A stretch of 64,000 bases of DNA from Flavobacteriales bacterium (GCA_947463125.1 CANHQZ010000004.1:22838-86837); one strand, 5' to 3'. Numbered from the stretch's first letter, positions 53,946 through 62,791 are shown. Numbers and translations are program-made. The notes: a model not told the origin generated them from the letters alone.

Positions 53946-55298
53946 TTACTGCAGCACACTAACAGGCTCATTGGCCTGCATCCGCAGCCGCCATTCCATG
54001 GGCCATAGGTTGTTCCATTGGTGGCGGTTGGCATTCACAAATCCCACCGAAACATCATTCCACATCACCCTATGCAATCCCTCTCTTCTTTCGGGGTTGG
54101 GCAGGGCTTCGCGGCGCAGGTAGGCCATCACTTCTGCATCGGTAAGGCGCAATTCAGGCCACTCCGCATTTTCAAGGCCTTGCAACAATGCCACGGCTGT
54201 GTCGGGTTTCCATTTTCCGTGAAACACTTGCCCCATGGGCGTTCCGGCGGCATAAATGCCGGGCAACTCTGCCAGCAGCTGATGCCATTCCTCCGGATTT
54301 TGGATGCGCATGCCCCAAAGGCCCTGCGGGGTTTCCACTGCGTGGATGTTTTTTGGCAATCCTGCAGGAGATACAGGAATTGCCTTGATCCGGTATTTTC
54401 CGGGTGATTTTGACTTTGGGGCCACACCGGTTTTTTGCATTACAGCCACAAAAAAACCTTCCGCCTGGGTCTTGTGTGGCAACGCCCTGTACATTCCCTC
54501 CTGAAGACTGTAAAAGGCATCCCCGCCCAAAAAATCGGGTTGCACAATATTGGCTCCGAGTGCTTGGACCAGTTTGTTTACATTGTCCTCGTTTTCGGCG
54601 GTATTGAAAGTACAGGTGCTGTATATCAAATATCCACCCGGTGCTATAGCCGGCCAGATATCCGTTATGATCCGCTGTTGTCTCTCGGCACAGAGTTTCA
54701 CGTTGTTTTCGCTCCATTCGCTGATGGCGGCAGGGTCTTTCCGAAACATACCCTCACCACTGCAAGGCACATCTGCCACAACAATATCAAAACGGGCATC
54801 GCTGTTTCCGAAACGAGAGGCATCCGCTTTTGTAACAATGTGGTTTGCCGCGCCCCATTTGCAAAGGTTTTCGGCCAGTATGGGCGTGCGTGTTCCAATG
54901 ACTTCGTTGGCAACCAACATATCGCCATTCCTCAGTACAGAGGCCAGGTGGGTGCTCTTTCCTCCGGGAGCGGCACACAAATCCATCACCACGGCGGGTT
55001 CCGGCAATGTTGAAAGCAGGTTTTTTACGATACTGCCCACCACCATACTACCCGCTTCCTGTACATAGTAATGCCCGGCATGAAAGGCAGGATCGGCGGC
55101 AAACAAAGGTCTTTCCGGAAGATAGTATCCGTTATCGCACCAGGGAACCACCAATGCCGCAACAGGTTTTGATGCCGTTTTTTGGGTGTTCACACGGATG
55201 CTCACGGGTGCGGGCATCTGCAGGGCTTCCAGCAATGCCGTTACCTCCTGCCCAGACAGGATCGATTCGAGAGATTTAACAAAAGCGGCGGGAAACAA
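53946..55298 (-). CDS. rRNA cytosine-C5 methyltransferase, RsmF/RsmB (NOL1/NOP2/Sun) family
   Basis: VMDLCAAPGGKSTHLA (SAM site), ADVPCSGEGMFRKDP and YSTCTFN (the two catalytic Cys motifs). TTG is the only possible start after the upstream in-frame stop. Confidence 0.8.
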   Translation of the reverse strand: MFPAAFVKSLESILSGQEVTALLEALQMPAPVSIRVNTQKTASKPVAALVVPWCDNGYYLPERPLFAADPAFHAGHYYVQEAGSMVVGSIVKNLLSTLPEPAVVMDLCAAPGGKSTHLASVLRNGDMLVANEVIGTRTPILAENLCKWGAANHIVTKADASRFGNSDARFDIVVADVPCSGEGMFRKDPAAISEWSENNVKLCAERQQRIITDIWPAIAPGGYLIYSTCTFNTAENEDNVNKLVQALGANIVQPDFLGGDAFYSLQEGMYRALPHKTQAEGFFVAVMQKTGVAPKSKSPGKYRIKAIPVSPAGLPKNIHAVETPQGLWGMRIQNPEEWHQLLAELPGIYAAGTPMGQVFHGKWKPDTAVALLQGLENAEWPELRLTDAEVMAYLRREALPNPERREGLHRVMWNDVSVGFVNANRHQWNNLWPMEWRLRMQANEPVSVLQ

Positions 55299-55347
55299 TT
55301 TATTATACTAAAGGTTTAAATAATATTACTTAATTAATTGTCTTGTA

Positions 55348-56277
55348 TTAATCTCCACCGTGTTGCCAGCAATTTCCATTGGGGCTTTTGGTCATGCGCT
55401 TGCAGCGATCACCCGCTTTAGTAGCGGCGCCGCATTGCACTGCCTCGCCTGCTTTTTTGGTTTCCGCTGGTTTTTGTCCGCCGGTTTGTCCGCTTGTGCT
55501 CCATTTCCAGCAGGGCAAGCAAATATTCGCCTCCAGCGTGTTTTCGTCTTTATCCGGCAGGGCCGGAAAGAAATCAATTCCGGTGAGGCGCTCTACGCTG
55601 TCTATGGTTACGGCAAATTCGGTCAACGGCAGCTTAGAGCCCGCATTGGGCAGCACAAAACCCAGTGCTTTGTACTCCGGCATACGGTAATCCAGTATGA
55701 CTTTGTAGTATAACTCCGGCACTGACACTTTGTTGGCCCCTATCGAGGGGAGCCCCGGTTTCAGTACGGGTCCGGTCACCACATATATAGCGCCGTTGTT
55801 TCGGGCCCACACCCGAACCTGGCCTTCCAGGCGCTTCCACACGCCACGGTTAAAAGCGGGCAACTGCGGGCTCATATTGCTGTAATAAAACGATTCCGCC
55901 ATGGATGACAGCGAATAGCCCAGATCTGCCGCGGGTGCCAGGTGGCCGCGGTCGTAACCGGAGTGCAAATAGTCTTCATCGGCAGCGGTGCCTGTTTTTA
56001 CCAGCGGGTCCTTCATAAATACATCACCTCTTTCAAATGCCTTTTGGGTTTCTTCGGCGGTAAGTTCATAGGCAACCCAGTCAGCTTGTTCGTGTGCTTC
56101 ATTGTAAACCAGCGCAAAGCCTGTGTGGTAAATGATATGCTGCCCGGGCTTAAGTGCCGGAATCTCCGCAGGATGGGCTTGCTTAAGTGTATCGTTATTC
56201 GGTTGAGTGGCATGCACCTGCCCATGACCCGCAAACAGGGAGCAAACCACAAATGCTATGATGCCGCGTATAAACAC
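55348..56277 (-). CDS. Secreted DNA/RNA non-specific endonuclease (NucA/Endonuclease_NS family) with a C-terminal Cys/His tail
   Basis: Active-site motif GYDRGHLAPAAD, downstream SNMSPQ and a signal-like N-terminus. GTG start (no ATG is available). The tail is QCGAATKAGDRCKRMTKSPNGNCWQH. Confidence 0.82.
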   Translation of the reverse strand: MFIRGIIAFVVCSLFAGHGQVHATQPNNDTLKQAHPAEIPALKPGQHIIYHTGFALVYNEAHEQADWVAYELTAEETQKAFERGDVFMKDPLVKTGTAADEDYLHSGYDRGHLAPAADLGYSLSSMAESFYYSNMSPQLPAFNRGVWKRLEGQVRVWARNNGAIYVVTGPVLKPGLPSIGANKVSVPELYYKVILDYRMPEYKALGFVLPNAGSKLPLTEFAVTIDSVERLTGIDFFPALPDKDENTLEANICLPCWKWSTSGQTGGQKPAETKKAGEAVQCGAATKAGDRCKRMTKSPNGNCWQHGGD

Positions 56278-56342
56278 AGATGCAAATTACGGGTTTTGCC
56301 GGGAATGTTGGGGTGTGCTGTTGCTGAGGCCCTGCTCTCTGT

Positions 56343-56433
56343 GTAAAGACGCACGATGGTGCGTCTCGCTTGTATAGTGTATAGCCCTGATGGTGTCGGT
56401 GCTTGTTGGAGACGCATAATGGTGCGTCTTTAC
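56343..56433. repeat. Pair of near-identical 8-bp-stem hairpins that form a 12-bp perfect long-range inverted repeat
   Basis: Hairpin 1: AGACGCAC-GATG-GTGCGTCT (56347-56366). Hairpin 2: AGACGCAT-AATG-GTGCGTCT (56410-56429). GTAAAGACGCAC (56343-56354) is the exact reverse complement of GTGCGTCTTTAC (56422-56433). Confidence 0.8.
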
Positions 56434-56494
56434 AGCACATGATACCACAATCGGGGGATAACATGCCGCTCCTACGTCGCTGAAAACCCGATTA

Positions 56495-57274
56495 TCATAT
56501 CGGCATTTGCGTTATCTCTTCCAGCACGCCAGTCCAAAGGTTATTGCGCAGGCGCAACGCTTCCATAGAAGCCTGCGCAGCCTCCTCCCACTTGCTTTCG
56601 TCGTTGCCGCAAAGTTCAGCCGTCATTTGTAAGGCCAGATGCGAGTGATGGTCGCCATCTACTTCTATGTGGCGGTCTAGGTAATATTTGAATGCTGCGA
56701 TTTTCTTCGGAAAACGTTGGTTGAGATCGTTTACGAGCGCCATAAACATATCCGGTATAAGATCCTCACGGCCAAAGGTGAAGATTGCCGACAGCACATG
56801 GGGCTTGTTTTCCGCAATTTGCGTAAAGGTAAACTGCACAAATTTCCTTACCGAAACCGGCAAAGGCAATGCTTCCAAAGCGGTTTCTACCGCCATTCCG
56901 TTGCGAACAGACGCTATCAGGCGGTGAATGAGGGTGGTGTCTGCTCCGGCCTGCTCCATGGCATCCAGGTACATTTCAAAATGGCTTTTGCGGATGCCGT
57001 GCATATCCACATCCGATTCTTCGCCCACCACAATTTCATTGATCAGAAAGCGGGTTTCTGCACTGCCTTTGGGCAACCAGGGTGTGGTGGTGCAGGTAAG
57101 GTTTTGCTGGAGGCTTTTCAGCAGTGACATAAAATCCCACACGGCGTATACATGATGCTGCATAAATATCTGCACATGCTCCAGTGTTTGGATTTGCGCA
57201 TACAGCGGGTGCTTTACAATAAGGGCCTTTTGCGGGGCAATACTTTGGTTGATGTTATCGATGTACGTATTCAT
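56495..57274 (-). CDS. DUF3050 family protein (heme-oxygenase-like helical fold)
   Basis: HPLYAQIQTLEHVQIFMQHHVYAVWDFMSLLKSLQ...TPWLP...RFLINEIVVGEESD...SHFEMYLDAMEQAGAD matches my recollection of DUF3050. ATG at 57274 preferred over the GTG at 57280. Confidence 0.7.
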   Translation of the reverse strand: MNTYIDNINQSIAPQKALIVKHPLYAQIQTLEHVQIFMQHHVYAVWDFMSLLKSLQQNLTCTTTPWLPKGSAETRFLINEIVVGEESDVDMHGIRKSHFEMYLDAMEQAGADTTLIHRLIASVRNGMAVETALEALPLPVSVRKFVQFTFTQIAENKPHVLSAIFTFGREDLIPDMFMALVNDLNQRFPKKIAAFKYYLDRHIEVDGDHHSHLALQMTAELCGNDESKWEEAAQASMEALRLRNNLWTGVLEEITQMPI

Positions 57275-57299
57275 GTGCACCTAATAAACAAAGATGCCG

Positions 57300-58328
57300 T
57301 CAGATGGTTGCAGGGTTTTGTAAAAACCACATTTGGTCTTTTTCTGTGCGGGTTCTGGAAGGAAAATTCTGCTGATACAAGGCTCCGGTGCCCAATCCCT
57401 GGTGCATGGAATTTTTTTTCGTGGAAACCCATTGCGCTATGGCGCTCAGGCCGATGTTGCCTTCCAGCGCACTGGTGGCCCACCACCCGATGTTTTGTTT
57501 ACGGGCAAATTCAATCCAGCGGTCACAGGCAGTGAAGCCGCCCAGCAGGGTGGGTTTCAGCACCACAAAGGCGGGTTTAATCTTTTTCAAAAGGGGTTCG
57601 GCATACTCTTTTGAAACGCCTATCAGTTCTTCATCCAAAGCCACCGGAATGGGGCTTTTGGCACACACTTCCTGCATGGCATCGGCTTGTCCGGCTTTGA
57701 TGGGTTGCTCTATGCTGTGAACCTCAAAACGAGAAAACTCCTTCAAATGATAGGGTGCATCTTCGGGCGACCAGGCACCGTTGGCATCCAGACGAATGCT
57801 GAGACCAAACGCATTTTTGAGCGCCCTAACCTTTTCCAGCAGGCGGCATTCCGAATCGGTATCATGGGCGCCCACCTTGAACTTGAGGCAGGTAAATCCT
57901 TTAGAGATTTTCTGCTGCGCCTCATCCCACATACCTTCCAGCGTGTCCATCCACACCAGCCCATTGAAAGGAATGCTCTGTTTTCCGTCGGTAAAAGGGC
58001 CGGTAAACAACACGCCTTTACCTCCGTTTTGCAGATCTAAAAAGGCGCATTCCAAGGCAAACTGCAGCGATGGGTAGCCTTCGGTGAGGCGAAGCCATTC
58101 ATTCAGCGGCAGTGGCTCTCCCGCAAAATACTGCAGCTGGGTGAGCATTTCATCAATGGGCGCTTGACCGTCTATGCTCAGATCGGGCAGTGGTGCGGCT
58201 TCGCCGCAACCGGTTACCCCGTTTTGTGACAGATAAATCAGCCAGTGTGGTTTTTCTGTGTATTCACCCCGGCTGGTTTTGGCGGGTTTAATAAAAGTGA
58301 GGGTATGTTTTTCCCAGTGCAGTTGCAT
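57300..58328 (-). CDS. menC: o-Succinylbenzoate synthase-like enolase-superfamily enzyme
   Basis: KFKVG (KxK), IRLDANGAW, SIEQP, ALDEEL and VLKPTLLGG: metal ligands and acid/base lysines in the MLE/OSBS arrangement. 342 aa. Confidence 0.72.
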   Translation of the reverse strand: MQLHWEKHTLTFIKPAKTSRGEYTEKPHWLIYLSQNGVTGCGEAAPLPDLSIDGQAPIDEMLTQLQYFAGEPLPLNEWLRLTEGYPSLQFALECAFLDLQNGGKGVLFTGPFTDGKQSIPFNGLVWMDTLEGMWDEAQQKISKGFTCLKFKVGAHDTDSECRLLEKVRALKNAFGLSIRLDANGAWSPEDAPYHLKEFSRFEVHSIEQPIKAGQADAMQEVCAKSPIPVALDEELIGVSKEYAEPLLKKIKPAFVVLKPTLLGGFTACDRWIEFARKQNIGWWATSALEGNIGLSAIAQWVSTKKNSMHQGLGTGALYQQNFPSRTRTEKDQMWFLQNPATI

Positions 58329-58335
58329 GCCCCAA

Positions 58336-59205
58336 TCAGGCGGTTGTTTCGGCTTCGGGCAACCGGGGTTTTTGAAAATCGAAGTGCTTGTTGCGCAAAG
58401 CGCCCTGCTGTGCCAGGGGTTGCATCATGGCCGCAAACTGGTCGAAATACAGGCTTTGTTCGCCGTCGCTCAGCGCTCTTTCGGGCTGATTGTGTACTTC
58501 TATGATGAGCCCGTCGGCACCGGCAGCAATAGCCGCCAGCGAAAGCGGCGCTACGAGGTTGCGGTTTCCGGTACCCTGGCTGGGGTCTACAATTACCGGC
58601 AAATGGCTGAGTTGTTTTACCAGCGCCACAGCGCCCAGATCCAGCGTGTTGCGCGTAGCGGTATCAAACGTGCGAATGCCGCGCTCACAGAGAATAACGC
58701 GCTCATTTCCTCCCACTAATATATATTCGGCAGCCAGCAGCCATTCTTCCACGGTACTGCTCATGCCACGTTTCAGTAAAACAGGTTTGTTAATCTTACC
58801 CAAGGCACGCAGCAGCGGGTAGTTTTGCATGTTGCGGGTGCCCACCTGCAGGATGTCGGCATATTCGCAAAGCTCGTCCACCTTGTCGGCACTCATTACC
58901 TCGCTTACCACAGCCATTCCATATTTGTCGGCTGCTTTTCTAAGCAGTTGCAACCCTTCTGTTTTTAGCCCTTGAAAAGAATAGGGACTGCTGCGGGGTT
59001 TGTAGGCACCACCACGCAGAAAACGCACCTGCTGCTTGGCCAGAAACTCAGTGATGGTAAACACCTGCTCCTCATTCTCTACAGCACAGGGACCTGCGGC
59101 CAGCATCAGCTCTTTACCAATTTCCACGCCGTTTACCAGGATTACGGTATCTTCTGTCTTCCACTCGCGGCTTACCAGCTGGTAGGGTTTGCGTTTATCC
59201 ATCAT
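58336..59205 (-). CDS. 3-deoxy-7-phosphoheptulonate (DAHP) synthase, type I-beta, with no regulatory or chorismate-mutase domain
   Basis: LAAGPCAVENEEQ, FLRGGAYKPRSSPYSFQGL, LQVGTRNMQN, PVLLKRG, LCERGIRTF, IEVH and ALSDGEQS. The expected DPSH motif reads DPSQ. Confidence 0.82.
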   Translation of the reverse strand: MMDKRKPYQLVSREWKTEDTVILVNGVEIGKELMLAAGPCAVENEEQVFTITEFLAKQQVRFLRGGAYKPRSSPYSFQGLKTEGLQLLRKAADKYGMAVVSEVMSADKVDELCEYADILQVGTRNMQNYPLLRALGKINKPVLLKRGMSSTVEEWLLAAEYILVGGNERVILCERGIRTFDTATRNTLDLGAVALVKQLSHLPVIVDPSQGTGNRNLVAPLSLAAIAAGADGLIIEVHNQPERALSDGEQSLYFDQFAAMMQPLAQQGALRNKHFDFQKPRLPEAETTA

Positions 59206-59223
59206 GCAACTAACAAGTAAGGA

Positions 59224-60543
59224 TTAATTCAGTTTGGTGTAGGTAATAATCAGTTTGGTTTTGCTGTGGTCAATAGCCACACGGGCACCGCTTACAGGTT
59301 GATCTGACGGAACAGCCAGATACAGGCCAAAATTGAAATCTTCGTTGTAAAACTTCTTGGCGTTCAGCAGGTTTTGTATGTGCTTAGTCAGTACAAAACG
59401 GTAGCTGCCGCTGGCTTCGTTATAGGTGCCTCCATAGTTTTCAGAAACCCCGTCTTCCACAAAGGTGTTTCTGTCGCTGGTTTTGCCAGCAGGCTGAAAC
59501 AGGTTCAGTCGGCCCGGTGCAGGATGCAGTGCTGTAGCGGTACCGGGCGCCACATACAATTGCAGTTCGGCTTTGTTAATGGCAATATTGCCCAGTTGCC
59601 CAAGATTCAGCAGATACGGGATACGTATATGTGTTTTCAGGCTGTTTGGGGCTTGAGCGAAGGTGGTGGCGTATGACTTTGAGGGATTGTTAAGTTGCTG
59701 TATAACGGCATTTTTATACACCCCGGGCATGCCTTTGTTGATGGTGTTTTTAGACCCGGTAAAGGTAAACACCTGAGTAGCGGTGTCGCGATAATACAGC
59801 AGGATTTTTGCCCTGTAGGCAAAACTGATGACATTGTTGAAATCATAAACGCCAAAACCGCCTTTGCCCTCACCCAAATCCCTGTTTTCAGGCATGATGG
59901 CAATACCCGGAAAATTCTGTATTAACTTTTCCTGGCTGGTATAGGCATCTTTGGGCAATTGCATCAGCTTGCGGGCCATGCCTGCCGATAAACGCACACG
60001 GATACCGGGGGTAATGGCCGATTTGCCTTTTTTGTAGCGAATCGAATCTGTTTTATAATTGTAAACAGGGCCATAATAGCGGGATTCCAGTGAGGGGTCA
60101 GTTTCCAGTACATCGCCCTGATAGTACGTGTTGGTTCCTGTGATTCCGGTTTTCAGCGGCGAGATAGTAAAGCCTTGGTAGGATTGTTTGTCGCCGTAAA
60201 AATTAAGCCCGTTGATAAAAGGAATAAACAATACGGCAGAATCGGGCTCTTCGGTATTGGGAAAGTCTGAATTGGGCTCCAGTAGTCCGCATTGAGCATA
60301 GGCTCCGGAAGATATAGTTCCGAGCAAAGGGTCATTCATGCTTCCCAGCAAAACATAGCGGAGGTTGTTTCCCGGAAGGGAGTCTTCACGCACCGATACT
60401 GCGGTGATACTCAGGGTGTCTGTAGTAAACAACTGCATTTGGCCAGCATTGCCTTGCCCATCCAGCACAATGTTTCCATCCTGCCTTTTGCAGGCAAACA
60501 AAATCAAGATTACCGGAAGCAGCCGGAACAGACCTTTTACCAC
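59224..60543 (-). CDS. DUF4270-like lipoprotein
   Basis: Lipobox LILFAC. 439 aa. Its position directly downstream of the short glycogen-synthase-like gene is the arrangement I associate with DUF4270. GTG start. Confidence 0.6.
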   Translation of the reverse strand: MVKGLFRLLPVILILFACKRQDGNIVLDGQGNAGQMQLFTTDTLSITAVSVREDSLPGNNLRYVLLGSMNDPLLGTISSGAYAQCGLLEPNSDFPNTEEPDSAVLFIPFINGLNFYGDKQSYQGFTISPLKTGITGTNTYYQGDVLETDPSLESRYYGPVYNYKTDSIRYKKGKSAITPGIRVRLSAGMARKLMQLPKDAYTSQEKLIQNFPGIAIMPENRDLGEGKGGFGVYDFNNVISFAYRAKILLYYRDTATQVFTFTGSKNTINKGMPGVYKNAVIQQLNNPSKSYATTFAQAPNSLKTHIRIPYLLNLGQLGNIAINKAELQLYVAPGTATALHPAPGRLNLFQPAGKTSDRNTFVEDGVSENYGGTYNEASGSYRFVLTKHIQNLLNAKKFYNEDFNFGLYLAVPSDQPVSGARVAIDHSKTKLIITYTKLN

Positions 60544-60562
60544 AGGTGCAAAGTTCGCGGTT

Positions 60563-61375
60563 TTACAGTGCTTGTGAAATCACTTTTTCGTAAAAGCTCA
60601 CATATTGCTCACCAATGGGGTCGTCGGAATGGCGCATCACTGGTTTGGAGCTGATATGTTCAGCTACACAACGGTGAGCCTCATCACAGGAAGTAACCAC
60701 CGCATCGGCGTAGCTGGCAGCCCCTTGGTGCAGGCTTTTAATGTTTCCATCCGCAAAACACTGCATGGTAGCATCCTGGATTTCGTTGAGACTGGCTTTT
60801 CTGGAGAAATCCGCACCCAGACACTCTTCAGCGTCATTGTATACGCTGTAAACGACCTTAGCATCTCTAAAAACGGGTTCGTCTTTGTATACTGTTTTCA
60901 GGTAAACTGGAATGAGGCTTGTCATCCAGCCCTGACAATGGATAATATCCGGAGCCCAGCCAAGTTTTTTGACAGTTTCCATTACGCCTTTGCAGAAGAA
61001 AATGGTACGCTCATCATTGTCATCAAAAAACTGTCCTTTTTCATCCTGATAAACCGCCTTGCGGTGGAAGTAATCCTCATTGTCGAGGAAATACACCTGC
61101 ATTTTGGTTTGGGGAATGCTTGCAACCTTGATAATCAGGGGGTTGTCATTGTCATCGATGGAAATGTTAATTCCGGAAAGACGAACTACCTCGTGGAGGC
61201 GGTTTCTTCTTTCGTTGATGACGCCGAAGCGGGGAACCAGAATACGAATTTCATTGTCGCGCTCCTGAAGCGCCTGGGGGAGATTTCTTGCGATGATGGC
61301 CTGTGCACTTTCGGTTTCGAGGAAGGGGGCCATTTCTGAACTGACAAACAGAACGCGTTTTTTGGTGATACTCAT
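60563..61375 (-). CDS. Short glycogen/starch synthase-like protein (GT5 N-terminal catalytic domain only, 270 aa)
   Basis: KRVLFVSSEMAPFLETES..., ILVPRFG and DIIHCQGWMTSLIP resemble the N-terminal half of GlgA. Start at the ATG at 61375, with a TAATTTTG box 32 nt upstream. Confidence 0.78.
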   Translation of the reverse strand: MSITKKRVLFVSSEMAPFLETESAQAIIARNLPQALQERDNEIRILVPRFGVINERRNRLHEVVRLSGINISIDDNDNPLIIKVASIPQTKMQVYFLDNEDYFHRKAVYQDEKGQFFDDNDERTIFFCKGVMETVKKLGWAPDIIHCQGWMTSLIPVYLKTVYKDEPVFRDAKVVYSVYNDAEECLGADFSRKASLNEIQDATMQCFADGNIKSLHQGAASYADAVVTSCDEAHRCVAEHISSKPVMRHSDDPIGEQYVSFYEKVISQAL

Positions 61376-61407
61376 GTATGGAACTCTATTGGGAAGATTA
61401 CGATTTA

Positions 61408-61415
61408 CAAAATTA
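61408..61415 (-). promoter_or_regulatory. -7 box TAATTTTG for the glgA-like operon
   Basis: Exact TAnnTTTG match, 32 nt upstream of the ATG at 61375. Confidence 0.5.
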
Positions 61416-61479
61416 ACACAATTTTTTCTGAAATTCAAAACATTTCTTGTTCAAAATCCTTTATTTGCGAGGGTAATTT

Positions 61480-62337
61480 TTGTTTTTGTTGAAAATTTTC
61501 CACTATATCAAAGGGGTTTCCGAATGGACTAAACGTCAAAACAACGCTTTTTCTTTTGTTCCAACAATGGGCGCCCTGCATGCGGGTCATTTATTGTTGG
61601 TAGAAAAAGCAAAGGCTTTGGGAAGGCCTGTTCTGGTGAGTATTTTTGTAAATCCTGCGCAGTTTAACAACGCCGAGGATCTTCAGAAATATCCGAGAAC
61701 CCTCGAACAGGATTTACGGCTGTTGCACGATGCGGGCGTGGATGCTGTTTTTTTGCCGGTAACGGAAGATTTATATCCAACGGAATTGCCCGAAGTTTCA
61801 CTGGATTTAGGTTCATTGGAAAATGTGTTTGAAGGACAACACCGCCTCGGTCATTTTGCAGGTGTAATTAAGGTGTTGCACCGGTTGTTCTCTGCACTCG
61901 GCCCCAGAGATGTTTTTTTCGGACAAAAAGACCTGCAACAATGCCTGGTGGTGGAAAAGCTGATTGCCCGGTTTTTTCCTGATATTCACCAGCACAACAT
62001 ACCAACCCGGCGAGATCCGCAAACGGGGCTTGCTCTGAGCAGCCGAAATGTGCGGCTTTCTAAACAGGGTGTTGTCACAGCCGGTGCTATAAATTGGTCT
62101 CTTCAACTGGCTTTGCAGGGCAAAACCGTGGATGAGGGTTTGACCGAGGCGCGTTCATATCTTGAAAACAAAGGCATAACTATAGAATATCTGGACGTGG
62201 TTTCTTTGCCCGATATGCTTCACACAGAGGAGATCGTTGACAAAAAAACCGCTTCTGTGTTTGCCGGCTATGTTGAAGGGGTGAGGCTAATCGACAACCA
62301 TGTTTTCATTGATATTCCTGAGATTACTGTTTTTTAG
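61480..62337 (+). CDS. panC: Pantoate--beta-alanine ligase
   Basis: FVPTMGALHAGHLLLVEKA, VSIFVNPAQF, FGQKDLQQ. The first ATG (61567) lies inside the conserved PTMG motif, so the gene must use a non-ATG start near 61480-61495. The exact start is uncertain. Confidence 0.88.
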   Translation: MFLLKIFHYIKGVSEWTKRQNNAFSFVPTMGALHAGHLLLVEKAKALGRPVLVSIFVNPAQFNNAEDLQKYPRTLEQDLRLLHDAGVDAVFLPVTEDLYPTELPEVSLDLGSLENVFEGQHRLGHFAGVIKVLHRLFSALGPRDVFFGQKDLQQCLVVEKLIARFFPDIHQHNIPTRRDPQTGLALSSRNVRLSKQGVVTAGAINWSLQLALQGKTVDEGLTEARSYLENKGITIEYLDVVSLPDMLHTEEIVDKKTASVFAGYVEGVRLIDNHVFIDIPEITVF

Positions 62338-62343
62338 TTTTTG

Positions 62344-62790
62344 TCAGTCACCGGTTTCCAGCATAATCGTTACCGGACCGTCGTTAACCAAAGACACTTT
62401 CATATCTGCCCCAAAAACCCCGGTGGGAACGGGTTTTCCAAGCAGTTTTTCCAGTTCAACCACAAAGGCTTCGTACAGCGGCTTTGCTTTTTCCGGCCTG
62501 GCGGCCTGAATATATGAAGGGCGGTTTCCTTTTCTGGCATCGGCATACAAAGTAAATTGGCTTACCGCCAGCGCATCTCCACCCACATCCAACAGGCTTA
62601 GGTTCATTTTGCCCTCCGGGTCATTAAAAATGCGCATATTCACCACTTTGGAAGCCAGCCAAGAAGCCTCTTTTTGGGTATCTGTATCGGTTACACCCAG
62701 CAATATCAGTAAACCTGTACTGATTTCCGCCACACAACGGCCTTCCACAACCACCGAGGCAGAGGACACGCGCTGTATGATGGCTTTCAT
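62344..62790 (-). CDS. dtd: D-aminoacyl-tRNA deacylase
   Basis: [17 protein letters not shown]..., [30 protein letters not shown]. Confidence 0.93.
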   Translation of the reverse strand: MKAIIQRVSSASVVVEGRCVAEISTGLLILLGVTDTDTQKEASWLASKVVNMRIFNDPEGKMNLSLLDVGGDALAVSQFTLYADARKGNRPSYIQAARPEKAKPLYEAFVVELEKLLGKPVPTGVFGADMKVSLVNDGPVTIMLETGD

Positions 62791-62791
62791 A

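Noticed and set aside
60605-61339. A 244-aa plus-strand ORF opposite the glgA-like gene. Similar cases are 63254-63982 opposite carB, 53094-53789 opposite rluB and 54435-55013 opposite the rsmF-like gene.
   Set aside because: The three I checked by coordinates (60605, 63254, 53094) are offset from the sense CDS by a multiple of 3. All four lack recognisable motifs, and the sense genes are unambiguous.
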